From the IMG/VR virus record IMGVR_UViG_3300043436_001797, positions 17,818-81,817 of that record: DNA of 64,000 nucleotides. One strand, given 5' to 3'. This document shows positions 28,839 through 39,200 of this stretch, piece by piece (position 1 is the stretch's first letter; each line of letters opens with the position of its first letter). The notes under the pieces are model-generated. The model was given only the letters and a program-made list of their open reading frames with translations. It searched no databases and was not told the origin of the DNA. The position numbers were made by a program, and so were the translations under genes. The DNA comes from a virus.

Positions 28839-29432
28839 ATGATGAGGAACTTTAGAAAACCGGATCTTGCTGCTCCCCGATTCAGACCAAAAGCTTTCAA
28901 TGTTCTAAATAAAGAACTCTGGAAAGAATTTAAGGAGAAGTACCCGAAGTATAAAGATCTTACTTACATGGACTTCAAGAAGATTATAAAGCTAAGTAAC
29001 CAGAAGTTCTGGGAAAAGGTAATCTCTTATAGAGATGGTGTTGAGTTACCTGAGAGTCTAGGTTTTATTTTTATAGGTACGTGTACATCTCAGAACCCTA
29101 AAAGAAAAAACATAAACTATGGTAAATCAATCAAGTACGGGTTTGAGGTAAGCAACAACAATCTTATTTCTGACGGAAAGCTAGCTAAGATTTTTTATAC
29201 AAACTACGCGGTTAAGTATAAAGTTAGAGATAGAGAGATCTGGACGTTTACTCCTTGTAGATCTTTTAAGAGACAGGTTGCTAAGACATATCCAGAAAAC
29301 TGGGAAAAGTATATTGAGGTTCCGGATAATCTTAAGATATCCAGATTGTATAATGAACTGATTTCTAAAGACGTAGAAAAGAAAGAAGTCTCATCAGCAA
29401 TTATAAACTATAACGAATTTGATTTAAGCTAA
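28839..29432 (+). CDS. IHF/HU-like basic protein (crAss tail module)
   Basis: Basic 197-aa protein with a helical start then GVELPESLGFIFI, like the HU/IHF beta strand. crAss-like phages carry IHF-like genes next to the tail tubular genes. Confidence 0.6.
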   Translation: MMRNFRKPDLAAPRFRPKAFNVLNKELWKEFKEKYPKYKDLTYMDFKKIIKLSNQKFWEKVISYRDGVELPESLGFIFIGTCTSQNPKRKNINYGKSIKYGFEVSNNNLISDGKLAKIFYTNYAVKYKVRDREIWTFTPCRSFKRQVAKTYPENWEKYIEVPDNLKISRLYNELISKDVEKKEVSSAIINYNEFDLS

Positions 29433-30106
29433 TGACTACAATAGGAGAGAGCATATCAAGGGTTAGAAACTTGGTAAAAGCAGCAAAGCAGGATGCTTTT
29501 ATGACTGATAGATTTATCTACAGTCTTATTGTAAAGTATGCTAAGTTGTTGATTAAGAGACAAGACGCTCTTAATGTAAGACTTAAGTTCGCAAGTCTTT
29601 TTAGAACTCTCCCTTGTGTAGAGTTAATTGAGACCGACAGAGTTGAAGCTTGTTGCGGAAGCTTACCTGACACTTGTAAGGTAATGCGCACTAAGGAAAA
29701 GATTCCAGTACCTTTTGAGGGAGCTTATGGTGCTTTTATTAGAACGGTCTCATCTATAGACGGATCAGTTGAGGTTTACAGAACTCAACCCGCTCAATTT
29801 ACATCTATGACTAAGACTACTGCTTTTAAGTACAACAAGCAGAAGTACTACTGGTATATGAATGGTTATTTATATCTACCGAACATTGAGTGGGAAAGCA
29901 TTTTGCTAGAAGGGATATTTGAACAAGACATTGCAATATTTACATGTGCTGCTGACGGTATTTGTAAAATACGCCAGAATGATATCTTAGGTATTCCTGA
30001 TGACTTGTTTGCTGAGATTGAGCAACAGGTTATGTCGCAGTTGTTGGGTACTGCACAACTTCCAACGGATATTAATATTTCTGATAAACAAAACGTTCTA
30101 AGATAA
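29432..30106 (+). CDS. Putative tail ring protein
   Basis: 224 aa; motifs LPCVELI, RTKEKIP, YYWYMNGYLY, EGIFE; synteny before the muzzle. Confidence 0.6.
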   Translation: MTTIGESISRVRNLVKAAKQDAFMTDRFIYSLIVKYAKLLIKRQDALNVRLKFASLFRTLPCVELIETDRVEACCGSLPDTCKVMRTKEKIPVPFEGAYGAFIRTVSSIDGSVEVYRTQPAQFTSMTKTTAFKYNKQKYYWYMNGYLYLPNIEWESILLEGIFEQDIAIFTCAADGICKIRQNDILGIPDDLFAEIEQQVMSQLLGTAQLPTDINISDKQNVLR

Positions 30107-31020
30107 TGGATTACAACTACACCCTGAAATACAGGACCTTTGATTCTCTTCTTGAGGATGTTAAGATGGATCTTAGAAACTTGTCAGCTGATACAAGTAT
30201 TGAACCCGGACAACTTATCAAAGTAGCGCGTAAGTGTAACTACGATTTGGGTCTTCGTATTCAAAGAAGTAGAGAGACTGTTCTTGAGATAGAAAAAGGT
30301 AAAGCTCGTCTACCTGAAGATTTTCAGGTAATGAACTTTGCTCTTATGTGCGGTAACTATGTTGTAGTAGAAGTTCCCCCACAGGGAACTAACGTTCAAG
30401 AAGTCACTCCAGGATATAGACCTTGGATAGATGCTAACCTTTGTTCTGATGTAAATGGAACGTGTCCGGAAACAACTTGTATGACTGAATGCAATCAGTC
30501 GTATAAGCTTATCCAGATGGTAAACTCAGTACGTAGAGAATATACTACTTTCTCTCCTATCACTTTTAGAAGCTCTCAGTTTATAGATGTTGATTGTCCA
30601 AACACCTGTTCACCTCGTTGGCAGAACAGAGATGAAGCGTACATCAAAGATGGTTGGGTGTTTACAAACTTTACTGACGGACATGTGTACATTAACTATC
30701 AAGCAGATATGGTTGATGATGAAGGTAATCTTATAGTACCAGATCATCCCATGTTGAATGAATACTATGAATATTCTTTGAAGAAGAGAATACTAGAAAA
30801 CCTTGTAATGGATAATGTAAACGTTACAGGTCAATATCAACTTGTATCTGCTGAACATAGAGTTGCTAGAAACGCAGCGTTTAGTATTGTGAATACTCCT
30901 AACTTCTCTGAGATGATGAAGGTGTGGGCGATGAACAGAAAAGCAATGTACTCTAAGTACTACAATATGTTTAAGAGCTACTACTACCCTCTTAATTTAC
31001 GAGTTAATAACGCTATTTAA
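30106..31020 (+). CDS. Putative tail ring/tubular protein (P22 gp4-like position)
   Basis: 304 aa; GKARLPEDF, TNFTDGHVYINY, DEGNLIVPD motifs typical of crAss tail tubular proteins; immediately before the muzzle. Confidence 0.65.
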   Translation: MDYNYTLKYRTFDSLLEDVKMDLRNLSADTSIEPGQLIKVARKCNYDLGLRIQRSRETVLEIEKGKARLPEDFQVMNFALMCGNYVVVEVPPQGTNVQEVTPGYRPWIDANLCSDVNGTCPETTCMTECNQSYKLIQMVNSVRREYTTFSPITFRSSQFIDVDCPNTCSPRWQNRDEAYIKDGWVFTNFTDGHVYINYQADMVDDEGNLIVPDHPMLNEYYEYSLKKRILENLVMDNVNVTGQYQLVSAEHRVARNAAFSIVNTPNFSEMMKVWAMNRKAMYSKYYNMFKSYYYPLNLRVNNAI

Positions 31021-31022
31021 TT

Positions 31023-34000
31023 ATGGCAAAGAAACAAGGTAATACTCCAGAATCTGGAATCAGTTCTAACTCAGGATCTTTTACCAAAGGTCTTGTAAGA
31101 GACTTTGATGAAAACTTTGATCCCGAAAGTTCATGGCCATACGCACGTAACGCTTCAAACAATTCTAAAGAAGGTGATGTTGGTGTCTTAGGTAATGAAC
31201 CATCAAACTCTGCATGCGGAGTTGCTCCCTACACAGTTATTGGTAGAATATTTTTATTCAATGCTTACTGGGCAATATTTTCTACCGATGATAGCAACTC
31301 TGAAATAGGTGTGTATGATGAGTCCCTCTGTCAATATAGAACTGTAGTTAACCAAAAATGTCTAAACTTTAGGAAACTAAATCTAGTAACAGGGGTAGCT
31401 AAAGAAAACTTTGATTGTCAGTGGGCGGTTTATTTTGCTGATGGTAGAAATCCAGACAGATATATAAACATAGGTAACCCCGCACTGTGGCCAGATACAC
31501 CATACCTTGGTAATAACTATTATCAAAATAATGTACTGTGGCCAGGTGTACAGTGGATACAAGACTGTCAAATTATAAACAGTTGTACAATATGTGAAAA
31601 TACCAACAGTTTAGATTGTGAAGAAATCAGAATCAATAAACTTGTTAATACCCCTTGTGTTAAAGTTAGCGCTAAAGAAGGTGGCGGTAACCTAGCTAAT
31701 GGTTCTTATGTTGCTTTTATAGCATACTTAGAAAATGGTCAGAAGTATGGAGACTATACATCACCCTCTAACGTACAACCTATATTTGATCACGACAATC
31801 TTGGTGGTTCAATTACTGTAGAAGTATCTAATCTTGAAAATAAGTCTTTTACTGAGTTTGAACTAGTTATTGCTGCGACAGTAAATGGGCAAACTGTAGC
31901 AAGAAGAATAGGTCAATATGCTTGTTCCGATGGACCTGTATTGGTATATCTTGATAGTATAAACGACTCGTTACCTACGGTACCTCTTGAGTTACTTCCT
32001 ATAAGATCACCATTGTATGAAACATCAGATTCTATTTTTGAAACTGGAAGCTACCTTCTTAAAATAGGTCCTCGTACAACTTTTGATTTTAACTATCAAC
32101 CACTGGCAAATCAAATTGAAGCTAAGTGGGCAATTGTAAGATATCCGTCAGATTATTACAAGAGTGTAGGTAGCAACACAGGTTATATGCGTGATGAGGT
32201 ATATTCATTTTTTATAAGATGGATTTACGCAACAGGAGAAAAATCTAAGTCATATCATATTCCTGGAAAGATTGGAGATAGTAAGGATACTACACAATCT
32301 ATAGGTATATACTCAGCAGAACTAGAATACGGTTTTGAAAAAGAAAATACAGCTACTATAACTAGTACGACTACATATTCTTTATCAGATGGTGGTGTTG
32401 TAATAGCTGAAGGTACAATGGGTTACTGGCAATCTTCTGAAAAGTATCCAGATAGAAATCCTGAGGTTTGGAATTCTAGTTATGATCCTAGAATATCAGG
32501 TACAAGTCAAACTACATGGGATCTTTGTAACCAACCTATCCGACATCATAAGATGCCGGAAGATGTTATTTCTAATGATTTAAAATATACAAGAGCTGTT
32601 ATTTTAGATTCTGCTGGTAATATTGTTCCATCACCTAAGTACACTGGAGCTACTCACATTCAGATAGTTGGTGTAAAGTTTTCAAACATTAAACCTCCTG
32701 TTTATATAGACGATGATGGAAATACTAAGGTTATTCCTGGTATTGTTGGTTATGAGATTCTTCGTGGATCACGAACAGGAAACAAGTCCATTATAGCAAA
32801 GGGTATTATAAACAATATGCGGAGCTATACTGATATTGATGATACAGAAGGTCTTTATGCAAACTATCCGTTTAATCCTGTAAAGGATATAAGTGGAACA
32901 ATTGATCCTACACTATCAATTACTCCGGTTAATGGTAATGGTAGTAATTACACCCCTGTAACAGAATCACATGTAAAGAAAAACTTTTTAACCTTTCATT
33001 CTCCGGACACTAGTTTCTATAAACCTTTCTTAGCTGTAAAAGAATTAAAACTTTATACAGAGTTAGGAAATCCTGGTAATGCAAAAGGAACATTTGAACC
33101 AGTACCCGGACATCCCAAGGAAAAACTTTTAAGCAATGTTTCATCTACAACAGCAATGATACTTGGTATAGCTGAAGCAATCTTTGCAATGAAAGGTGAA
33201 GAAGGATGGGAAGGAGAAGAATCAAGATCACTTAATATAGGTCTTGGTGGTACGATGGTTATGCCAACCCCAGGAGGAGTCTTTGGTGCACCTAGTTTGA
33301 TGTATCCAACTTTCGGTGTACCTGGTGGTAATGTGTATGAAGGACTTAAACAAGCACAGGTGCTTGGACAAACAGGTCTCAGTGCATCAGCTCAAGGATT
33401 GACAGGTGGTTTAATGTCATTAGGTGGAGCGGGTATGGTGACAGGTAATAATGCTCAGTTATTTTACATGGGCGATAAACTTGCATCAAATGGGTACGCA
33501 CTTGCAGGGGGATATATGGGACCTACAAGAAGAAGAATGCACAAAGAAGGTGTTATGTCAGGTCTTCCACTTATAGCAAATATTTTTGCGGTTGTTCCTA
33601 CATTGTATACACTAGCTACAAACGCAGCATCTAAAACAATTGACCTAATATATGCTTTTGTAAAAGCTCGTAGTTATGTCTATAGATTTATTTCCCACGG
33701 GTTTTTACATAAAGACAATTTACCGCCAGCATCCAGAAGGCATTATATAAATGATGTCGCATATTTAAATGAAGGTTTTAATATGTTTGGTGGGTATAAG
33801 ATCAATAATATTAACAGATTTAAAACTACAGTATTAACTACCGCAAATGATGTGGCGTTACCTAACATTGTAGATAATACAGGTGTAAGCATTAGCAGAA
33901 ATGTAAGTTCTAATGTTACAGCTGCTACAATGGATCCATCGCTTACAGGGAAACCGGCTAGTGCTCCTGTAGCAGAACTTATAAAAACTATATCTATAAC

Positions 34001-36284
34001 AGCATCTTGTTTTTATGCTGGTTTAAAAATTAGATTTAGAAACCAATACGGACAATTAGATCAGATTAGACAAATACCTTTACCATGTCCGCATATTGTT
34101 AATAACAATAAACCTATTCCGGATTCTGCTATTGATGCTCCAGTAGGGTCCACTGTTACTATATTTAATGCTAATTACTCAACTGATGTTTTATTTGGAG
34201 GTGACACATATATAGGCAGATACACAGAAAAGAATACTTTCTTTTATTTCTATGATTGGTTATATGGTCAACCTGATGAAACCCCATTTAATTATAGGGC
34301 TAAGTACTTGGGTTTATATCCTCGTTACTTTGCAGACTTTAGTAGATATGATATAGATGGGTTAATACCCACAATGCTGCAAAAGTTTAATCAACCTAAT
34401 ACATGGGATACACCCGCTAATCAAGTTAACTTAGAACAGGAATCTACACCCGTAGGTTTACTAGGATTAGTACGTATGGCTTTTAATAATGTATTACCTA
34501 ATTTAATTGGTAATGCAGATGATAATAGTTATAGCAGCGGCGATAATAAATTTTCATTTTCTATAAGAAGAGGTTTCATGTATCTCTTTAGCTCAGGTGT
34601 AAGGGATTTCTTTGTAGAATCTGATATTAACGTAGACCAAAGAGACTGGGGTGAACTTGATGAACAAAAACACTTTGAGGTTCTTTCTGACCTTAAAACA
34701 TTGTTTGATACTAGAATTATTAGATTTGGTAACTACTACAAGATTGACCCATCTATTTCAGTATCAAAGCTTTACTACAGTGTAGTATCTTGGGGTAACA
34801 TGCAAGATAGAGACTATAATCCTATGGTATCTGCTCTATGTTATAAGTACTTACCTAACAGAGTTATCTACTCGTTACCTACAGTTCTTGAAGGAAAGAA
34901 AGATGGTTGGAGAATATTCTTACCAAACAACTATAGAGACTTTAAGTCTAAGGTTACTGCTATTAGACCTATAGGTAAGAACGGAGCATTGATGCTCTTT
35001 GATAGAGATAGTCCCGTACAGATTCAGGGTACCGAAACTCTTGAGTCTGATATGGGAACTAAGATTACAGTAGGTGATGGTGCACTGTTTAATAAACCGT
35101 TACAAGCACTTACAAACACAGACCAATCTTATGAGTATGGATCTTGTCAAGATAAGTTTTCAATTCTAAATACACCAGCAGGTATCTACTGGGTATCTCA
35201 GTCTCTCGGAAAAATATTTTCAATAGGAAGCGGACTAGAAGAGATATCTGCTTCTGGTATGCGTTGGTGGTTTAGTAAGTTTTTACCTTACAGAATACTA
35301 GAGGATTTTCCAAACTTTGAAGCTACAGATAATCCGGTAATTGGTGTAGGTTGTCAAGCTGTTTATGATAACGACTTCTTGATGATTTACTTTACTAAGA
35401 AGGACTATGAGCTTAGAAAAGATTTACCTGCGGGAATCAGTCTTACATATGTTGGTGGTGTAGATTTTATCTTGAACACAGGTGGTTCTTCGGGATCTTC
35501 TGGAGATAAAAATAATACAAGACCTAATGCTGCTAAAATTAAGTTAGGAGATCCTAATTACTTTAACGATGTATCATGGACAATATCATATGACCCTAAG
35601 TCAAAAGCTTGGATCTCTTTCCACGATTGGCATCCGACAATGATGATCCCTAGTAACCAGAACTTTATAACTATTAATGATAATACTTTCTGGAGACATA
35701 ATAGTCGCACTGATAGTTTCTGTAACTATTATGGGGTTGATTATCCATTCCAGGTAGAGTATGTGGTAGATACAGGACAGACAGTAAATACTTTAAAGAG
35801 TATAGAATACTTACTTGAGTCATATGTATACGATATAGATGGTATTGATAGATTCCAGCTTTTAGACTTTAACTTTGATGAACTTATTGTATATAACTCT
35901 GAACAAGTTTCTGGACAACTTAATCTCAATATGGCACCTAAGGATAATCCTTTTGCTAGATTGAATTATCCTGCTGTAACTGGTGCGGGGATAAATATTA
36001 TGTACGAGAAAGTAGAGCAGAAGTTTAGAGTAAATCAGTTCTGGGACGTTACTGCAAATAGAGGCGAGTATGATGTAAATATTCAAAGACCGATTTGGTT
36101 AACTGGATGGGATGGATATAAGCGATCTTTGAATCCTGCTAACTTGAATTATGCTAAGTCAGTATTTGAAAGAAAGAAGTTTAGACATTACTACAACAAC
36201 GTTCTGTTTACCAGAAAGGTTTCGGGTAATGCTAAAATGCTAATGAAGATATCTAACAACAAAAACTTGCTGTCACCGCGATGA
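31023..36284 (+). CDS. Tail stabilization/muzzle protein
   Basis: 1753 aa; N-terminal F.KGL..D...ARNA, GYMRDEVYSF, FGGDTYI, C-terminal WTISY...WISFHDW.P; position before the cargo genes. Confidence 0.75.
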   Translation: MAKKQGNTPESGISSNSGSFTKGLVRDFDENFDPESSWPYARNASNNSKEGDVGVLGNEPSNSACGVAPYTVIGRIFLFNAYWAIFSTDDSNSEIGVYDESLCQYRTVVNQKCLNFRKLNLVTGVAKENFDCQWAVYFADGRNPDRYINIGNPALWPDTPYLGNNYYQNNVLWPGVQWIQDCQIINSCTICENTNSLDCEEIRINKLVNTPCVKVSAKEGGGNLANGSYVAFIAYLENGQKYGDYTSPSNVQPIFDHDNLGGSITVEVSNLENKSFTEFELVIAATVNGQTVARRIGQYACSDGPVLVYLDSINDSLPTVPLELLPIRSPLYETSDSIFETGSYLLKIGPRTTFDFNYQPLANQIEAKWAIVRYPSDYYKSVGSNTGYMRDEVYSFFIRWIYATGEKSKSYHIPGKIGDSKDTTQSIGIYSAELEYGFEKENTATITSTTTYSLSDGGVVIAEGTMGYWQSSEKYPDRNPEVWNSSYDPRISGTSQTTWDLCNQPIRHHKMPEDVISNDLKYTRAVILDSAGNIVPSPKYTGATHIQIVGVKFSNIKPPVYIDDDGNTKVIPGIVGYEILRGSRTGNKSIIAKGIINNMRSYTDIDDTEGLYANYPFNPVKDISGTIDPTLSITPVNGNGSNYTPVTESHVKKNFLTFHSPDTSFYKPFLAVKELKLYTELGNPGNAKGTFEPVPGHPKEKLLSNVSSTTAMILGIAEAIFAMKGEEGWEGEESRSLNIGLGGTMVMPTPGGVFGAPSLMYPTFGVPGGNVYEGLKQAQVLGQTGLSASAQGLTGGLMSLGGAGMVTGNNAQLFYMGDKLASNGYALAGGYMGPTRRRMHKEGVMSGLPLIANIFAVVPTLYTLATNAASKTIDLIYAFVKARSYVYRFISHGFLHKDNLPPASRRHYINDVAYLNEGFNMFGGYKINNINRFKTTVLTTANDVALPNIVDNTGVSISRNVSSNVTAATMDPSLTGKPASAPVAELIKTISITASCFYAGLKIRFRNQYGQLDQIRQIPLPCPHIVNNNKPIPDSAIDAPVGSTVTIFNANYSTDVLFGGDTYIGRYTEKNTFFYFYDWLYGQPDETPFNYRAKYLGLYPRYFADFSRYDIDGLIPTMLQKFNQPNTWDTPANQVNLEQESTPVGLLGLVRMAFNNVLPNLIGNADDNSYSSGDNKFSFSIRRGFMYLFSSGVRDFFVESDINVDQRDWGELDEQKHFEVLSDLKTLFDTRIIRFGNYYKIDPSISVSKLYYSVVSWGNMQDRDYNPMVSALCYKYLPNRVIYSLPTVLEGKKDGWRIFLPNNYRDFKSKVTAIRPIGKNGALMLFDRDSPVQIQGTETLESDMGTKITVGDGALFNKPLQALTNTDQSYEYGSCQDKFSILNTPAGIYWVSQSLGKIFSIGSGLEEISASGMRWWFSKFLPYRILEDFPNFEATDNPVIGVGCQAVYDNDFLMIYFTKKDYELRKDLPAGISLTYVGGVDFILNTGGSSGSSGDKNNTRPNAAKIKLGDPNYFNDVSWTISYDPKSKAWISFHDWHPTMMIPSNQNFITINDNTFWRHNSRTDSFCNYYGVDYPFQVEYVVDTGQTVNTLKSIEYLLESYVYDIDGIDRFQLLDFNFDELIVYNSEQVSGQLNLNMAPKDNPFARLNYPAVTGAGINIMYEKVEQKFRVNQFWDVTANRGEYDVNIQRPIWLTGWDGYKRSLNPANLNYAKSVFERKKFRHYYNNVLFTRKVSGNAKMLMKISNNKNLLSPR

Positions 36285-39200
36285 AAGTTTCTAAGACAGG
36301 TTATAAGAAAAACTCTAAGGATAAGAACGAACCATCATTGCTTATCCCCTCTAATAGAATTACTATGAAGGGTGTAGAGTTTCCCGTGTACGGAATAGAT
36401 GATACAGGATACTCTCAAATGATGTATCCTGGTTTAGATTACTCGTTTCCAGGTAGTTATGTTTATGAACTTCCTATGGCAAAAGAAGGTGGATACATAC
36501 TTCCGGGTAGATATAAAAATCCAGAAGGTAACTGGTTGAATAAATATCAGTCAGATAAAAAATCAGGTCAGGTAAAAAATTACTGGACATGGAATCCTAA
36601 AGCTACTTCCGAAAGAGATAGTATTCAAAATATTGCCGGCAATATATTAAACTATGAAATTCTAAGAGGTGGTCCAGGGGGTAGCCCGCTCACTTACTAC
36701 AGTGATCCTGAGTATATGAATACCTTGATGAATGATATATATCCGCAAGTTAAAAAAATGATGCCTAATGCTACTCCCGTAGAAATGGGGGAAGCTATGG
36801 ATCTTATTTTTAATAGTGGTTGGGATAAGAGCAATAAAAAAATATTAGTAGATCCTAGAGCATATGCTATACAAGAATACTATAGAGTACATGATAAATC
36901 CAAACTAGATAAAGAAGGAAACTGGGCAGGTAGAAAAGCTACCCCCGGTACATTTGATAGTGAGTATGCTAACACTGTTGGTAAACTTTCTGAAAATGAA
37001 AGAAGGATTATGATGAATAAAGGGAGAGACTGGTTTTATCAACATAGAGCTCCTAAAGGATCAACCTGGGATTTAAAAACGCAAGGTGCTTATCCAGACT
37101 ATGGAGCTACCTGGTATGGAAGAATATGGAATACTAATGATTACGCTCCATTTAATCCGAATAATCCTAAATTTATTTATCCGTATAAAACAGGCGGTGA
37201 AAAATGGTTAGATAAGTATCAAGGTAAAACTAGCGCTAGTGAGGTAAGTTCTTTAAAAGAAGAATCATATAGAACACCTTGGTGGAATCCTGAAAATTCA
37301 TCTGAATGGAATCCAGCATGGACATCAGATCCAATTAGACAGAATGCACAAGCAGAGTTTCCGGGTACATATGTATTACCTACTGTAGAGATTACAGATG
37401 AAAAACCGCAAAGGTTTAAAGATCAAGAAACTGCTGCCGTAGTTAGACAAGTTCTTCCAGATAGAACTATCTTATCAGCATCAGATGATCCAGAGAAAAC
37501 ATATGAGGATTTTATAAATAGTTCTCGTAACTATCGCAATGCAAAATTAAATGATACTCTAATAGATATAACTGATAAACCAATGGGATGGTTTACTTTT
37601 AATACAATCCCAGGAGAGAAATACACAGATATATTAGGAAATAACTATATAGAAGTAAATAGGGGTGGAACAGGTAAACCAGAAGACTATGCTAAAAACT
37701 GGAAAACCAGAATGCAGGATCCTAAAGATACTTTTAGAAATAGTGATTATGCTGAAGACGCTGGAAGTTATTACCATAGTAAAGATATTCCAGCATTCTA
37801 TGGTATAGAAAATAATAAGTTTAAAGTTGGAAACCCTGGAGATTTTAAAGATGATACAGTAATTGTTCCAGTAAGAAATAGCACAACTCCATATAGTAAA
37901 GTCGAAGTTGAAAAAGGACTGTTTAAAGATAATTTATATACATATGATAAAGACGGAAATAAAATATGGAACTTACGGAATAAACAAAAGTTTTTAGTAC
38001 ATTCTCCGGTAACAAATAGAACAATCTTTATATCTAAGGACAGTTACGAAAATCAAAATTCCAAAGAAAGTTATGCCACAACAAAAAAATCACTAGATGA
38101 TTTTTCAAAAAATAATCCAGATGCTTATATCATATCTCTAGATGAAGGTAGATTTCGTGCCTACATGAATTCACCAGAAGGTTTAGATGATGAAAGTTTT
38201 AAGACCTGGAATGCATTTTCTGGTACAGTACTACATAATTATTTAGAAGGACTCGGTAAGGAAGCAGTAGATCATGGTCCCGGTACATCGGGTTCTCCTT
38301 TATATTCTCCTGTAGGTGATGAAAGATATGGATATAATCTAGGTATTCTAAAACAAAAACATGGAGGATGGCTAGATAAATATCAATCTAAGACTACATC
38401 TGGTTCTGTTTCTAAATCTGGTCCAAGAATTGAAAACTTACCGCTTCAGAAGGTTGATAACAAACTAGAAATAGCATACGATGGAAGCACGGTATACCTA
38501 CGTAAAATAGGTGAAGATAAGTTTACTACACTTAGTCCAGAAAAGTCTAAAGCTTTTATTCAGAAGTATCAAGAGCATATACCACCTAGTTATTCTAAGG
38601 TTGAAGAACAGAAGAAAAAGCAAGCAGCTTATAATGCAAAGGTAGCTGCTGAAAAGAAAGAGATGGATGAGCTTCTTAAGTACACTCCATTAAAACTTAC
38701 TAAAGAAGAAAAGGATAGAGTTCTAAAAGAGTCTAAAGATGCGCGAGCTGAACTAGCTGAGAAGAGTTGGTTAGACACAGCATGGGATGCTACTAAAAGT
38801 GCATATGAATCTTTACCAGATGTTTCAGATTTTACTAACGCGGTTAAAGGTGCATATGAGTCTTTGCCTGATGCAGAAAATGTAATTAAGTTGATGAATT
38901 TATCAAACGAGGCAACAAAACTAGCAGCAGCTTATGCTTGGAATTATAAGATACCTGAAAATGATATACCTGGTTTAAGAAGTTTCGGTGAGCTTTCACC
39001 AAAAGAAATATATCAAAGTTTTGAAAATAGATTTATAGAAAAAAACTTTGGTGAGGATACACCAACAGGTGAGTCAAATATTGAAGAGCTTAATCTGATG
39101 TCAGAAGAAGATGTAACTTCTGGAACTTCAGATATGGAACAGTTAAATAAAAGTAGAGCTAAGTACGGACCACAGCGATTACCCGCAAGAAGAGATTCTA

